Source: an uncultured delta proteobacterium (GTDB lineage Bacteria; Desulfobacterota; Binatia; Bin18). From it: a DNA stretch of 64,000 bases. A program made the position numbers and the translations under genes. Under the pieces are notes generated by a model that saw only the letters and a list, made by a program, of their open reading frames with translations, did not search any database and was not told where the DNA came from. Location of the stretch: positions 96,001 through 160,000 of the forward strand of contig CAVTCR010000062.1 of assembly GCA_963733195.1 (NCBI GenBank), in the 5' to 3' direction. The first letter of the stretch is position 1; each line of letters starts with the position of its first letter. This document shows positions 38,800 through 50,030 of this stretch, in pieces.

Positions 38800-40081
38800 T
38801 TATCCTCGCCTCTCTGCCGGTATTTTGAGCTTGAACACTCGTGCGGCATTGAGTCCGAGGACCTTGGCGCGGCTCTCTTCCGACAAGCAGCCCATTTGTC
38901 GTTCAATGCTTTCTGCCGAATGTGGCCAGCTTCCTTCATGATGCGGATAATCATTCGACCACATAAGGTTGTCCACGATCTTCAACTCCTCCGCACGTGG
39001 CAGGGTGACGTGATCTTCCATAAAGGCGGAAAAACAATTGCGGCGATAGTAGAAACCTGGCAACTCCGGCGTCACCGGGCGCACCCACATATGATGTGCT
39101 TGAAAGGAGTAATCCATCGCCTCGATCATCCACGGCACCCAGCCAATCCCGCCTTCAATCGATCCAGCCTTTAATGTGGGATGGCGTTCAAACACACCAG
39201 AGCTAATCAACTGCACCAATGGTTCCATCACCGTCGGCATGGAGTGACACACATAGTTAATCACTGCACCACCAAGGCCAGTGACTCCCCGTGGATCACG
39301 ACCAGTGGAGACATGAAACGTCATGGGGAGATCGACCTCTGTAATCAACGACCACAGCGGATCAAACACTTTGTCGTTGTACTGAAGTTCTCCAGGCTTG
39401 AGTGGCCCAAAGATGGGCTTGTTCGGTAACGTTAGCCCTTTGAACCCTTGCTCGGCTGCCCATTTTACTTCAGCCATCGCGCCTTCAATGTCACCAGGCG
39501 CGATCACAGCCATCGGGACAAAGCGGTCCCAATAGTCGGCAAAGTTTTCCCGTGCCCAACGATTCCACGCCCGGAACATGGCTTGTTGAAACATGGGATC
39601 AGGAGTGGTGAAACACAGCATCCCTTTATTAGGAAAAATAATCTCGGCATCCACTCCGTCAGCGTCAGCATCACGGGCACGCTGGGCAAGCTCGCCACCA
39701 GCCCGGTAGCGCAGGCGATCTTCTGCTTCCATACGACTGGTGTAGGGCTGAAAATAGTCAGGTTCTTCGTAGGTCTCTTTAGCAATAAGATGTTTCACTG
39801 CGTCGCGCCCAGGCTTCACTAACATCGGTTGAATGCCCTCGGTAATCATCCACTCAGCTCCATCTTCGTCCACTTTGACGCGCGGAATGCGATCAAGGTA
39901 TTGCTTCTCAATCCGCTTCGACAGGAAATCAAGCGGCTCAATGCCGTGGGTATCAACTGAAACCATATAGTATTTGCGTGGATCTCCAGGCCGCACGGTT
40001 CGCGCTCCATCCTTGGGGTCCCGGCGTCACTTGTCGCCAGGCGTTGTGGGGAGACTCGGTGGGTGATGAGGTTACTGCCAT
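38800..40081 (-). CDS. Amidohydrolase_2 family protein, frameshift near 40000
   Basis: SVDTHGIEP, DGVDAEIIFP, FHV, WSNDYPHHEGSWP, LGLNAARVF; the RBS-led ATG 40081 (MAVTSSPTE) is in a different frame from the main ORF. Confidence 0.88.
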
Positions 40082-40269
40082 ATCGTTCCTCCTAACGGGT
40101 TCGTATGTGAGTGCAATGCGCTCATTACTGAGCCCCTGCTCTCGTGTCCCAGGTTGTACCGCATTCTGTATGCGTATTCCAGGCTGATCACTCGGTCTCC
40201 AGTTCTTGCAGAACCGGATAATCTCTGCCACAACAAAGCAACAACACTCTCTTATACAAACGAGGCACT

Positions 40270-40870
40270 GTGAAAACGATTGGACTCACTGGTGGTATTG
40301 GTTCAGGGAAAAGTACGGTCTCGCAACTTCTAGGCGAACTCGGGGCGTTTGTCGTCGACGCCGACAAAGTTGGGCATGAAATTTATCTGCCCGGCAAAGA
40401 AGCATGGAAACAGGTCACCGCAGCATTTGGGCAAGACATTCTTGCGCCAGATCAGACCATAGACCGTAAGAAACTCGGAGCTATCGTTTTTGGTAGTGAC
40501 GACGCACGCAAAAGGTTGAACTCAATTGTTCATCCGCTCATGTTCACAGATATCGACCGTCGCATCAAAGAGAAACGCGCCGAAGGTTTCACGCAGCCGA
40601 TCGTTATCGAAGCGGCAATTTTAATCGAGGCCAATTGGCTCCCTTTGACTGATGAAGTGTGGCTGGTCGTAACCAATAAGGGCGCAGTCATTGACCGAGT
40701 TGCCGGCTCAACGTGGCATGTCAGCCAAAGATACCGAAGCGCGTATCGCCAGTCAGCTTTCTGATGCTGAGCGGCGTAAGTATGCTACACTCGTGATTGA
40801 GAATGACGGTTCTCTTGATGATCTGAAGCAAAAGGTCCAACAGGCATGGAGTCGAATATCCGCACAATGA
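40270..40870 (+). CDS. coaE: Dephospho-CoA kinase, frameshift near 40707
   Basis: IGLTGGIGSGKS, DADKVGH, IDRKKLGAIVF, IVHP; continues in another frame as ARIASQLSDAERRKYATLVIENDG to TGA 40870. Confidence 0.92.
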
Positions 40871-41529
40871 ACCCACAACAGCTGAAAGGTATCATCTTCG
40901 ATGTCGACGGCACGATCGCCGATTCGGTTGGATTTTTCTACGAGATCGCTCTCGAAGTCCTGAGTATTGCTGGGGTTCCACCGGTCGAGAAAGAGCACGT
41001 CTACGCACTGATGCGAGTCGGGGACAACTCGCCGTTGGAGAAACTCTTCCCACCTGATTATCCTGATGCCGCCGGGACAATGAAACGGATTTTCGATGAC
41101 CGTATGGGCGAATGGATGCGTCGGTATCATGACGAAACCACCGCCATTCCTGGCAGTATCGAACTTCTCCATGACCTGCACGCGCGTGGACTCCAGCTTG
41201 GCATTGCCACTTCATCAGGTCGCGCCCTGCCCTTCCTTGATCGTTGGGGTGTCCGCCACTTGTTTAGTGGTATTGTGGGCCGCGAGGATGTTGAAATCCG
41301 CAAACCTCATCCCGAGCCAATCCACAAATGCCTCGGCCATTTAGGACTTGCCCCGCAGGAAACTGTCTACATCGGCGATTCGCCGATCGATATTCAAGCC
41401 GGGAAAGCGGCAGGGGTATACACGATAGGTGTGCTGACTGGCACGAGTCCACGGGATGTTTTACATCTTGAGAGTCCCGATCATATCCTCGATACGGTCG
41501 CAGGGCTTCATTCACTTCTTTCGGTGTAA
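40867..41529 (+). CDS. HAD family hydrolase (phosphoglycolate phosphatase-like)
   Basis: FDVDGT, KPHPEP, IGDSPID motifs; ATGA overlap with coaE. Confidence 0.9.
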   Translation: MNPQQLKGIIFDVDGTIADSVGFFYEIALEVLSIAGVPPVEKEHVYALMRVGDNSPLEKLFPPDYPDAAGTMKRIFDDRMGEWMRRYHDETTAIPGSIELLHDLHARGLQLGIATSSGRALPFLDRWGVRHLFSGIVGREDVEIRKPHPEPIHKCLGHLGLAPQETVYIGDSPIDIQAGKAAGVYTIGVLTGTSPRDVLHLESPDHILDTVAGLHSLLSV

Positions 41530-41787
41530 AATCGGGAACTTTCCTGACGCTCACTCGTTATTGGGAGGAGCGTCCCCGGTAGGTGTGCTGGGGGATAGGT
41601 GACAAGGCAGGAAAGGAATCGTTTTGTCTCAGCACACGAACAAAGGGGAACCAAGCCGGAACCTCGCTGAACGACCCCAGCTTTCAAGAAATGCGCCGCC
41701 TTACGGGCGAGGCACGCCAAACAGCACAGGAACTGCGGCAGCAGTATCGACGCGGTGGACGAGGCCAAGAACCAGAAGACAATTGAT

Positions 41788-41838
41788 GTAGGGCGGCCTG
41801 TGGCCGCCGACAGATTCGGCAGGCATAGCCTGCCCTAC
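41788..41838. repeat. GTAG-type REP doublet
   Basis: GTAGggcggcctgtggccgcc ... ggcaggcatagcctgccCTAC; first half is the reverse complement of the REP at 33593-33613. Confidence 0.85.
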
Positions 41839-41849
41839 AATTCAACTTC

Positions 41850-42981
41850 TTACCAAAGCTGCTGCGACGCGATCCGCGCTCCCTCAGCCATCGCCTTGAA
41901 CTTCTCCCACGTGATCTTGGGATCGACATCGGAAAGTCCAGCAAACGTCGCAAAGCCACAGTCCGTGCCAGCAATCACATTCTCACGCCCGACAACTTCA
42001 GCGAAGCGACAGATTCGTTCGGCAACCAGTTCGGGGTGCTCGATGTAGTTGGTGGTTGAGTCGAGCACACCAGGAATCAGGACTTTATTCGCTGGTAGTG
42101 TGAACTCACGAAAGACTTTCCACTCATGCGCATGCCGCGGATTGGCGGCCTCGAACGACAGCCCACTCGGACGCGCTTTCAGGACGATATCGATGATCTC
42201 GCGCAACGGCACATCACGATGATGAGGACCTTCATAATTACCCCAACAGAGATGTAACCGCATTCGCTCCGGAGGAATGTCGGAGAGCGCATGATTGAGC
42301 GCGTCGATATGCAACTCAGCCATCTTGCGAAACTCAGTTACAGCTCGCATCGGCAAACTGAATGTGACGCCCCATCGCGAGGTCAGGGCAATCCAATTGG
42401 AGAATAAACCCGGCTTGATGGATGGCGTCGTACTCTACCTTCATCGTATCGGCCAATGCAGCCAAATATGCTTCATGATTCGGGTAGTAGTCATTTTTGA
42501 GAAAGAGAGAGATCACGCCTGGTGAGGCAGCACTCACGAATGCCTCTTCTGGATTCACGCCCTGGAGCGCAGCCTTGAAGCACGCAAGCTCTTTTTGTAG
42601 CGTGTCTTTGTCTTTGTAGGCGACTGGCCCGGTGCACGCCGGGCGTTTCGCCGCTACACGCGAGGTTCGCCGAGCATACTCTGGAAATTCCAACATATCC
42701 GCCGCACGCAGCGGTCCTGCCTGACCATCAAACCCCGTCAGGCGATCTTTGACATACGTAGAGTAACCAATTTTCCCTGCCTCGCCATCATTGACGACAT
42801 CAACTCCACATTCGATCTGTTTCCGTACTACGTCACTTACGGCTTGCTGCACTCGCTTCTCAAATATGGCGTTGTCTTGCAACTCACCTTTGTCCTTGGC
42901 GTACAACATCGTCACCAGATCATCTGGTCGTGGCAAACTACCAGTGTGGGTTGTCAAAATGCGGTCCGTACTGCGCTTCAT
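41850..42981 (-). CDS. Half-size methionine synthase II / epoxyalkane-CoM transferase-like protein, frameshift near 42345
   Basis: RILTTHTGSLPRP, NDGE, LQLDCPDLA, HLCWGNYEGPH, FEAANPRHAHEW, DCGFATF; split over two ORFs. Confidence 0.88.
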
Positions 42982-43020
42982 GATGGTTTCTCCTTCTCAT
43001 CAGGATGGTCGACAGCAAGA

Positions 43021-43045
43021 AGGGCCGGCAACGCCGTGCCCCTAC
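43021..43045. repeat. REP downstream of the RAYT gene
   Basis: agggccggcaacgccgtgcccCTAC. Confidence 0.8.
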
Positions 43046-43065
43046 AAATCCGGCGATGAATACAC

Positions 43066-43647
43066 CTAAGGCTTCCATACGAACGTATCCTTTTCATCAA
43101 TTCCTCTACGGGCTGGATTTTCCTGATCTAGATGCCATCGCATCGGATTCATAGCGATATAATCGCGGATATTTTCTAAGGCGTGATCGTTCCGGATGAT
43201 GTGTTCATAATAATTACGCTGCCAGACAGGAAAACCCGGCGTTTTTCGCAGCTCATTGATCCGTCTACTGGTGATCGATTTGAGCGAACGGATAATCGTA
43301 GGCAGTACCCCCATAATAGGCCTACCGAAGTCCCTTTTTTTGTAGGGGCACGGCGCTGCCGTGCCCGTATTCACATTCATAATAATCAATATACCATGCA
43401 GATGATTCGGCATGACAACAAAAACATCCAACTGCACGTACGGTCGAACAATATGAGTTTGTTCCCACTCTTCTTGCACAATACGGCCAGATTCGGACAG
43501 TACCATCGCTCCATCGGCCACTTCTCCGAATAGACATTCTCGTCCATACGTACAGACTGTTACGAAGTACGCTCCTGGTTGTGTATAATCGTAGGTTGGC
43601 AAACGGACCGAACGTCTATGATGTTTATCTGGATCGTAGCTCGTCAT
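43066..43647 (-). mobile_element. REP-associated tyrosine transposase (RAYT/TnpA-REP, HUH Y1 family)
   Basis: RRSVRL..YDY, YFVTVCT, VMPNHLHGI (HUH), WQRNYYEHIIR, YIAMNP; REPs on both sides. Confidence 0.92.
43342..43366. repeat. REP inside the RAYT coding sequence
   Basis: GTAGgggcacggcgctgccgtgccc, exact reverse complement of 43669-43693; translated as TGTAAPCPY. Confidence 0.9.
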
Positions 43648-43667
43648 TTAGGTCTTTCTTGTCCCGG

Positions 43668-43693
43668 AGGGCACGGCAGCGCCGTGCCCCTAC
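43668..43693. repeat. REP upstream of the RAYT gene
   Basis: agggcacggcagcgccgtgcccCTAC. Confidence 0.9.
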
Positions 43694-43716
43694 ACGAACA
43701 ATCATTACCAAAATCT

Positions 43717-44533
43717 TTACGCGTCTTCATAGCGCGGCTCGCGCTTTTCGAGAAATGCGGCAATCCCTTCTTTTACATCGTTCGTGCGTGTCGTGAGAAT
43801 TTGATTGCGGTCTTCCATAGCGATGGCAGCTTCGAGCGTTGGAGCATCAACTGAATAGCGTAAACATTCTTTCGTCAGCCGCACGCCAAGCGGCGAGTTG
43901 CGCAAGATCTTCCGGGCCATGTCTTCTGCAGCACGATCTAGTTCAGCTTCTGGCACCACCCGAGAAACCAAACCAGTGGCTAGCGCCCGGTGAGCATCAA
44001 TAAAATCACCGGTCAGCAACAACTCTGATGCAATCGACGAACCAACAATGCGCGGCAGAAAATAACTCACCCCAACGTCACAAGCAGATAAACCAATACG
44101 AATAAACGCCGCATTCATGCGTGCTGTCTCACTGGCAATACGAATGTCACTTGCTAACGCTAAGGCAAATCCTCCGCCTGATGCTGGACCATTGACTGCA
44201 GCAATAAACGGCTGAGGCAAGCGATGAATTTTCATCGCCAGTTCGGCAATCCGCCGTTGGTCCCGCAGACCTTGAGCGACAGTCTCACGTCCACTAGCAG
44301 CGCTAGAGCCAGCGCTGGTTTCTTTCAAATCGAGTCCAGCACAGAACGCACGCCCTGCGCCACGCAGAATCACCACACGAATACTCTGATCATCGTGGAG
44401 CATGTTGAGCACGTCGTGTAACTCGTCCACAAGTTGACGGCTCAACGCATTGAGCGCCTGCGGGCGATTCAAGATCAGCCATAACAGACCGCCGTCACGG
44501 CGAAGGTCGAGGGTGTCGTATTGGATTGTTCAT
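43717..44533 (-). CDS. Enoyl-CoA hydratase/isomerase family protein (frameshift just after the start codon)
   Basis: LNRPQALNAL, AFCAGLDL, GGGFALALASDIR; ATG 44533 is 1 nt out of frame with QYDTLDLRRDG. Confidence 0.9.
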
Positions 44534-44676
44534 AGGCTTTCGTCTCCCAGCAACTTATTCCTCTCTCATTGTAGAGAACAGAGCAAGCGCCTCGGCTTGG
44601 CTGTTGCTACTTCCGGCAATTCTGCTCTGCTCATAAGGGATCAGAAAGATGAGAAACCATCGGAGAAAAGCGGCTT

Positions 44677-44950
44677 TTAATCGACAGCAAGTTTCTCACC
44701 AAACCCGACAATGAATTTCAAATCAAAGGTTACAAAAAGATCAACCCTCGAAGACGGTCTCCCCGGATAGATCCGTTCCAAACGTTGCCAGCGACAGCAA
44801 GTGAGCGTCTTCTCGGCCAAAGCCAAAGTCCTGGTGTAATCGCCGCGCCCAGCGACGTTGATACTTGTGTGAATCAACCGTGCAGGAAAGGGCGTATTTG
44901 CTCGATTGCCAATAACGGTACCCGGCGGCGAAGTAGATTCCCGAGTTCAG
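44677..44950 (-). pseudogene. Possible PIN-like toxin remnant
   Basis: Across frames: RRWARRLHQDFGFGREDAHLLSLATFG ... VDLFVTFDLKF (acidic EDA and T-x-D motifs); lies downstream of an RHH-like gene. Confidence 0.45.
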
Positions 44951-45370
44951 GAGAGTAAAGAATTGTTCTGCAACCGAAACTGACAGGAGGACGCTGAGCG
45001 ATACGCTGTTAAGGAGTGAGAGGTCTGACTTCTGACGGATCTCCAGTAGCCTTCGGTTAACGCCTCATTATTCCTTTGTCGAGCAGTAACTGCATCAGAG
45101 CGGATTTCTCTTTCAGAGAGCTGTAGTTTGTCAAGCTCCTCTTCGGACGCCCGAGTCCATAAAGCTTCTCGTTCTTCTTCCGACAAGTGAGAAATAATCT
45201 TCGGATGGCAGCCCGAACCACGTATCGTCTTCGGCCTTCCTCTCCTTCGTCATAAACTCTGCCAAGGCGCGATTGATGACCGAGTCGGGACTTTCATTAC
45301 TTGCCTCACAGTAGCGTAGAAGAATTTCCTTGAGGCTTTGCTCGATTTCTACAGTAAGTTGTTCGCCCAT
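44947..45370 (-). CDS. Ribbon-helix-helix antitoxin-like protein, frameshift near 45186
   Basis: MGEQLTVEIEQSLKEILLRYCEASNESPDSVINRALAEF (RHH pattern), continuing as LSEEEREALW in the second ORF. Confidence 0.55.
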
Positions 45371-45720
45371 ATCAACATGCCTTCTTTTTGATAAGGGTAT
45401 TCCATCTTTAGACAGTTTTCTATCTCTTCGTGCCTTTCCCGGCTTTTTTGCTCACCAGTTGGTCACTAGGGGTTTTCTTTCCTCCCTGTTTCTTTACTTT
45501 CTTTCCCTCCAACTCCTCCAACAACTCCTTCGCTTCTTGCAAGTCTTTCGTGTCGAAGCCTTCGTGAACCAGTTGTAAATCTCGGATAATACCGTGTGGG
45601 CTTCATGCTGCTTACCCTGAGATTGCCACAACCGCGCGAGACTCATCGTTGCGCGCAGTTCCAGCGATTTGGCTTGCTGTCTCCGTGAAACTTCCAGAGC
45701 CTTCGAAAACACGCCTCCGC

Positions 45721-45802
45721 CTCTGACTCTGGACTTGGGCATTAGACGTTGGACTGTCTTCGATTTTTGCCTTTTGATTTTTGCCTTTTGCTCTTTGATT
45801 TG
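45721..45802. repeat. Heptamer arrays within the TPR region (TTGGACT and TTTGCCT/TTTGATT families)
   Basis: tctggac ttgggca ttagacg ttggact ... ttcgatt tttgcct tttgatt tttgcct tttgctc tttgatt. Confidence 0.8.
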
Positions 45803-47276
45803 CTTGTTGAAGCGTCAGTTCGCCTTTGAGGCGGTGCAGTTCGGCTTCCCAAAAACGCTCTCCAGTTTCGTCTACCACAGCCAGCGCTTCAGCTAGCATG
45901 ATCAGCCCTTCTTCAGCTTGCCCTAGTTTCCTTTACGCTTCGGCTAACAAGGCAAGACAGATACGGTCGCGACGATCTCTGCTCCCGTGGCCTGAAAGGC
46001 AGCCAAGCCCTGACGTATCTGCACAATTCCCTCCTCCCTTGTCCCTGCTCGGCCAGCGCCCAGCCCCGCATGATAGTTCCCCATGCCAGCAGAAGTGGAA
46101 ATCCCTGCTCGGTCGAAAGGCAATCGCTGCCTCTGCCTGCTCTTGGCTGCGTTTGTCTCTCCCGGCGGAACTGATGAAGTACAGCCCAAAGATCAGAGCA
46201 AAGCTCAGACTAAAGGGATGAGACAACTCTCTGGGCTAGAGTGAGCGCTTCGTGGTTCCTCTTCGAGGCTTGGTCCGGATAGCCAAGATACCACAAGGTC
46301 CAAGGGCTCGCGTAAGAGAGGCAGCACACTCCGGATCATGCCACGCAGTAAGAAAGCATGGAGAGTGGTACTGTCTGGGGATCATAGAGGGCAATACCTT
46401 GCTCCAGATGGTCTCGAGCGAGGATCAACTCTCCCAGATAGAAATAAAGTGTCTCCCAGCGCAAAGTGGGCCTCCAAGAAGAGAGCAGGGTCTTGTACGC
46501 TCTGGGCTAGGCCGAGAAGTTGCTCCCCCAGTTCGCGCGCTGTCTGCAATCTACCCGCACGCACAAGATAAAATGCCCATAGTCCCCACAGCACGGAGAA
46601 GAGCTGAGGGGTTTCCCCTAGCTGCTGGCACAGCTCCCGCGCTCGGGTGTAAACTCTTTCCACTTCCGGGGCGGCAAAGCCTCTTGGTGGCCATCAGAGC
46701 GAGCACCCAGGGCAAGTTGCAACGCAAGTTCTTGCTGGATACGTTCCGGGGTATCCGGCAGGGTCTTGAGTAACTCTAAGGCAGTGGTCAAGTGAGTGAT
46801 TGCTTCCGCATTCGCTGACCGTTGCACCGCCTGTTGCCCGGCAAGTTGCAGATAATCCACTGCCTTCTGCGTGTTTCCACTCCGAGTATAGTGATGAGGC
46901 AAGTTCGCTGTAGCGGTCTTCTAACCGATTGTGAAAAATCGTCTCGATCGCTTGGCAGCACGTTCATGTAACCCTTTGCGTCGCTCCACGAGCAAGGAGT
47001 TGTAGGCCACTTCTTGCGTGAGTGCATGCTTGAAGACGTAGTCTGGTTCTGGAAATGCGGGCTGTTCGTAGATAAATTCGGCGTCGCGTAGACGAGAAAG
47101 GCGTTGTTGCAAGGTGTCTTCGGATTGATCCACAACCTGTTTGAGCAGACCAAGAGAAAATTCTTTGCCGATGACCGCGAGCGTTTGCAGCAGTTCTTTT
47201 TCTTCCGGTGAGAGACGGTCGATGCGTGAGGCCAACACGGCTTGGACGGTGGCGGGAATGTGTAGATCGCGTTGCC

Positions 47277-47437
47277 GTAGGTTTTGGTGGGCGGCTGCGC
47301 CACCCTACGATGAGCGAACACACCCTGCTCGGCCAACTCCTGCACGATCTCTTCCATGAAGAAGGGATTGCCTTCGGTTTTGTCGAGAATGAAACGTTTC
47401 AGGTCTTGTAGGGGCGACTGCGCGCCGTCGCCCCTAC
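47277..47437. repeat. Two REPs inside the cyclase/AAA gene (47277-47308 and 47408-47437)
   Basis: GTAG..ggtgggcggctgcgccaccCTAC and GTAGgggcgactgcgcgccgtcgcccCTAC. Confidence 0.85.
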
Positions 47438-48810
47438 TTTCTCTCCAACAACGCCGTTAGCATCTCTTCGGCTTCTTGCTTTCCCAACGGGTCCAGGCGC
47501 AGTTGCGTGTAGTAGGTCTTATTACCCCACTCATGTCGATACTCAGGGCGATAGTTCACCAGCAGCAAGATACTGCGCACTGGCGATACTCTCACTGAGC
47601 AGACTGAGAAACGCTTGGGTCTCGTTGTCCAGCCAGTGCAAATCTTCAAAAATCGAGAATCAGCGGCTGGTTGAGACTCTCACGGATCAACAACCGTTTG
47701 ATCGCTTCCAAGCGTCCGTTTGCGGCGAATCTGCGGGTCCATTTGCTGCAGTGACGAGGTCGGTTCGGCAATGCCCAACAGAAAAAACAGATACGGCAAA
47801 ATATCTTCCAGACTGCGATCAAGCGTGAGGACTTTGCCGGTGATCTTCTCGCGTCGTTTGCGCTCATCGTCCTGCAACGTCAAGCTGAAAATAGTTCTTC
47901 AACAGATCAATCAACGGCAAATACGGATAGGCTTTGCCGTGCGAAACAGAAAAGGTCTCCAAGATCAAGCAGCCACTCTGCGCAGCAAGTTTGAATTCAT
48001 GAAACAGCCGTGACTTGCCTACGCCCGGCTCACCCATCACTCCAGCGATTTGCCCATGCCCTGCTTTGGTTTGTTCCAACGCCTTCTGCAAAGTTTCCAA
48101 CTCACGCTGCCGCCCAATAAAACGCGCAAGGCCACGTCTCGCCGCCACTTGCAACTTGGTGCGCAACGGGCCTACACCAACAACTTCGTAAATTTTGATC
48201 GGTTCGCTTACTCCTTTGACCTGCGCCGCCCCCAGTGACTTGAACTCAAAGTATCCATCAGTGAGGCGATGCGTATGTTCGCTGACGACGATGGAGCCGG
48301 GCGTAGCAAGACTCTCCATGCGTGACGCTAGATTGGTGGAGTGGCCAATCGGCACGTAATCGGTATGCAGGTCATCTTTGCGAATTGAGCGCACCACTAC
48401 CTCACCGGTGTTGATACCGACCCGCAGTTGGAGGTTGATGCCTTTTTCCAGCCGCAATTTTTCCGCCTGTTTGCGGCCTTCCTCTTGCATCAGCAGTGCA
48501 GCGTAGAGCGCACGCTGAGCATGATCTTCGTGAGCAATGGGAGCACCAAAGAGAGCGAAGATGCCATCGCCCATCGACTGGGCAACATAGCCTTCATAGC
48601 GATGCACCGCATCCATCATTAACTTCAGCGCTGGGTCGACGATGTGTCGTGCCTCTTCGGGGTCGAGATCTTCAATCAGTGCAGTTGAGTCTTTGATGTC
48701 AGCAAACAACGCGGTGATGGTCTTGCGCTCGCCATCGGGAATACCGCGTGCCTCCATCGCTGCTTGTTCGGCAAGGATACGCTCAGCGAGATGTTTGGGC
48801 GTGTAGGTAA

Positions 48811-48880
48811 TTGGGTACTGGGTGTTGGGGGCTAGGGGCTGGAGGAGGCCCTTGGACGTCTGGACCTTGGACTTTGGACT
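48811..48880. repeat. Heptamer array in the zinc-ribbon/cyclase linker
   Basis: Minus strand agtccaa agtccaa ggtccag acgtccaa ... ccctagc ccccaac acccagt acccaat; same position and unit families as 312..379. Confidence 0.8.
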
Positions 48881-49044
48881 GCACCGCCAGGGGCGTTCCG
48901 CACTCGCCACAAAACTTGAACTTCGGCGGATTCTCAAACCCACACTGCGGACAGCGGCTCTTGAACGGCGTGCCACACTCACCGCAGAATTTCATGCCGT
49001 CGGGATTATCGTTGCCACAGCTTACGCACTGCATGCTTCCCCCT

Positions 49045-49815
49045 TCAAATCAAAGATCGAGATTGGCATCCATCCACGTTAACACACGCGCCGGAGACCC
49101 AGCGTGCACGGTCTGAGGCGAGAAACACCACCACATCGGCAATCTCGTCTACTGTTCCGAAACGACCGAACGGCAACTCGGCTTTTACGAAAGCGGCAAT
49201 AGCTTCTGGATTGTCCTTTTGCCGTTTCTCCCACGACCCTCCAGGAAAGAGGATTGAGCCCGGGGCAACGCTGTTGACGCGGATTCCTTGCGGTGCCAGT
49301 TCACGTGCCATTTCTTTGGACAGGCTAATCATCGCGGCCTTGGCTGCGTTGTAGGTCATCGGTCCACCCCATTCACGACCATAGACTGACGCAATGTTAA
49401 TCACACAGCCACTTTGCTGCACGCTCATCAGTGGCACAACGATACGACAGAGTTCCAGCGCAGAGAAGAAATTCAGATTGAAGCCGCCAAACCAATCTTC
49501 ACGCGAGGCGGTCAAGTTACCGCCTGGACGAGAGCCACCTGCGTTGTTGATAAGAATATCGACTTTGCCGAAGTGCTTTTGCGTTTCTCTGACCCAGCGG
49601 TGCGCATCACCTTCGTTCGTTACATCCCCAGCAATAGCAAGCGCTGCCGTGTTCTTCTGTTGTACTTCAAGCGCGACTTGATCGAGCGTGTCCTTGCCAC
49701 GCGCACAGAGGCTCAGGCAACAGCCTTCGGCTGCAAACCCCAGGGCGATTGCTCGTCCTATACCACGGCTCGCACCGCTCACCATGACCACTTTTCCTTT
49801 TAGTCCAAGGTCCAT
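49045..49815 (-). CDS. SDR family oxidoreductase
   Basis: SGASRGIG, NNAG, YNAAK, NSVAPG motifs. Confidence 0.93.
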   Translation of the reverse strand: MDLGLKGKVVMVSGASRGIGRAIALGFAAEGCCLSLCARGKDTLDQVALEVQQKNTAALAIAGDVTNEGDAHRWVRETQKHFGKVDILINNAGGSRPGGNLTASREDWFGGFNLNFFSALELCRIVVPLMSVQQSGCVINIASVYGREWGGPMTYNAAKAAMISLSKEMARELAPQGIRVNSVAPGSILFPGGSWEKRQKDNPEAIAAFVKAELPFGRFGTVDEIADVVVFLASDRARWVSGACVNVDGCQSRSLI

Positions 49816-49831
49816 AATTCCTCCGCTTCAC

Positions 49832-49938
49832 AAAGGGGGAAGAGGCGAAATGGCGAAGAGGGGAAATGGTGGGAAGAAAAATCTCTTTCTTCGACTTTCC
49901 TTTTCACCTTTTATCCGTTTCACCTTTTTCCCTTCTCC
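49832..49938. repeat. Inverted pair of octamer arrays between divergent genes
   Basis: aaaggggg aagaggcg aaatggcg aagagggg aaatggtg ... tccttttc acctttta tccgtttc accttttt cccttctc. Confidence 0.75.
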
Positions 49939-50030
49939 TGAATGCTTACAGCTATTACCTGATCGCCGCATCCCTTGCCAGGGTTATGAGGCTATGGCTA
50001 GATGGGGGGCTCTGTGGCGAAGGAGTACCT

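Larger units (their letters stand above)
45420..49034 (-). pseudogene. Double zinc ribbon - adenylate/guanylate cyclase - AAA (STAND) - TPR protein with many frameshifts (pseudogene or low-quality consensus)
   Basis: CVSC/CGECG zinc ribbons, TALFADIKDST, GEPGVGKSRL, EDLHW, FKHALTQEVAY, ELRATMSLARLW, GFDTKDLQEA; fragments scattered over many short ORFs. Confidence 0.85.

Noticed and set aside
40700-40715. Programmed frameshift in coaE
   Set aside because: No slippery sequence seen; lies in a region with many indels, so an error is more likely
41583-41786. 67-aa ORF between the HAD and MetE-like genes
   Set aside because: No recognisable motif or clear RBS; could be a gene remnant but cannot be supported
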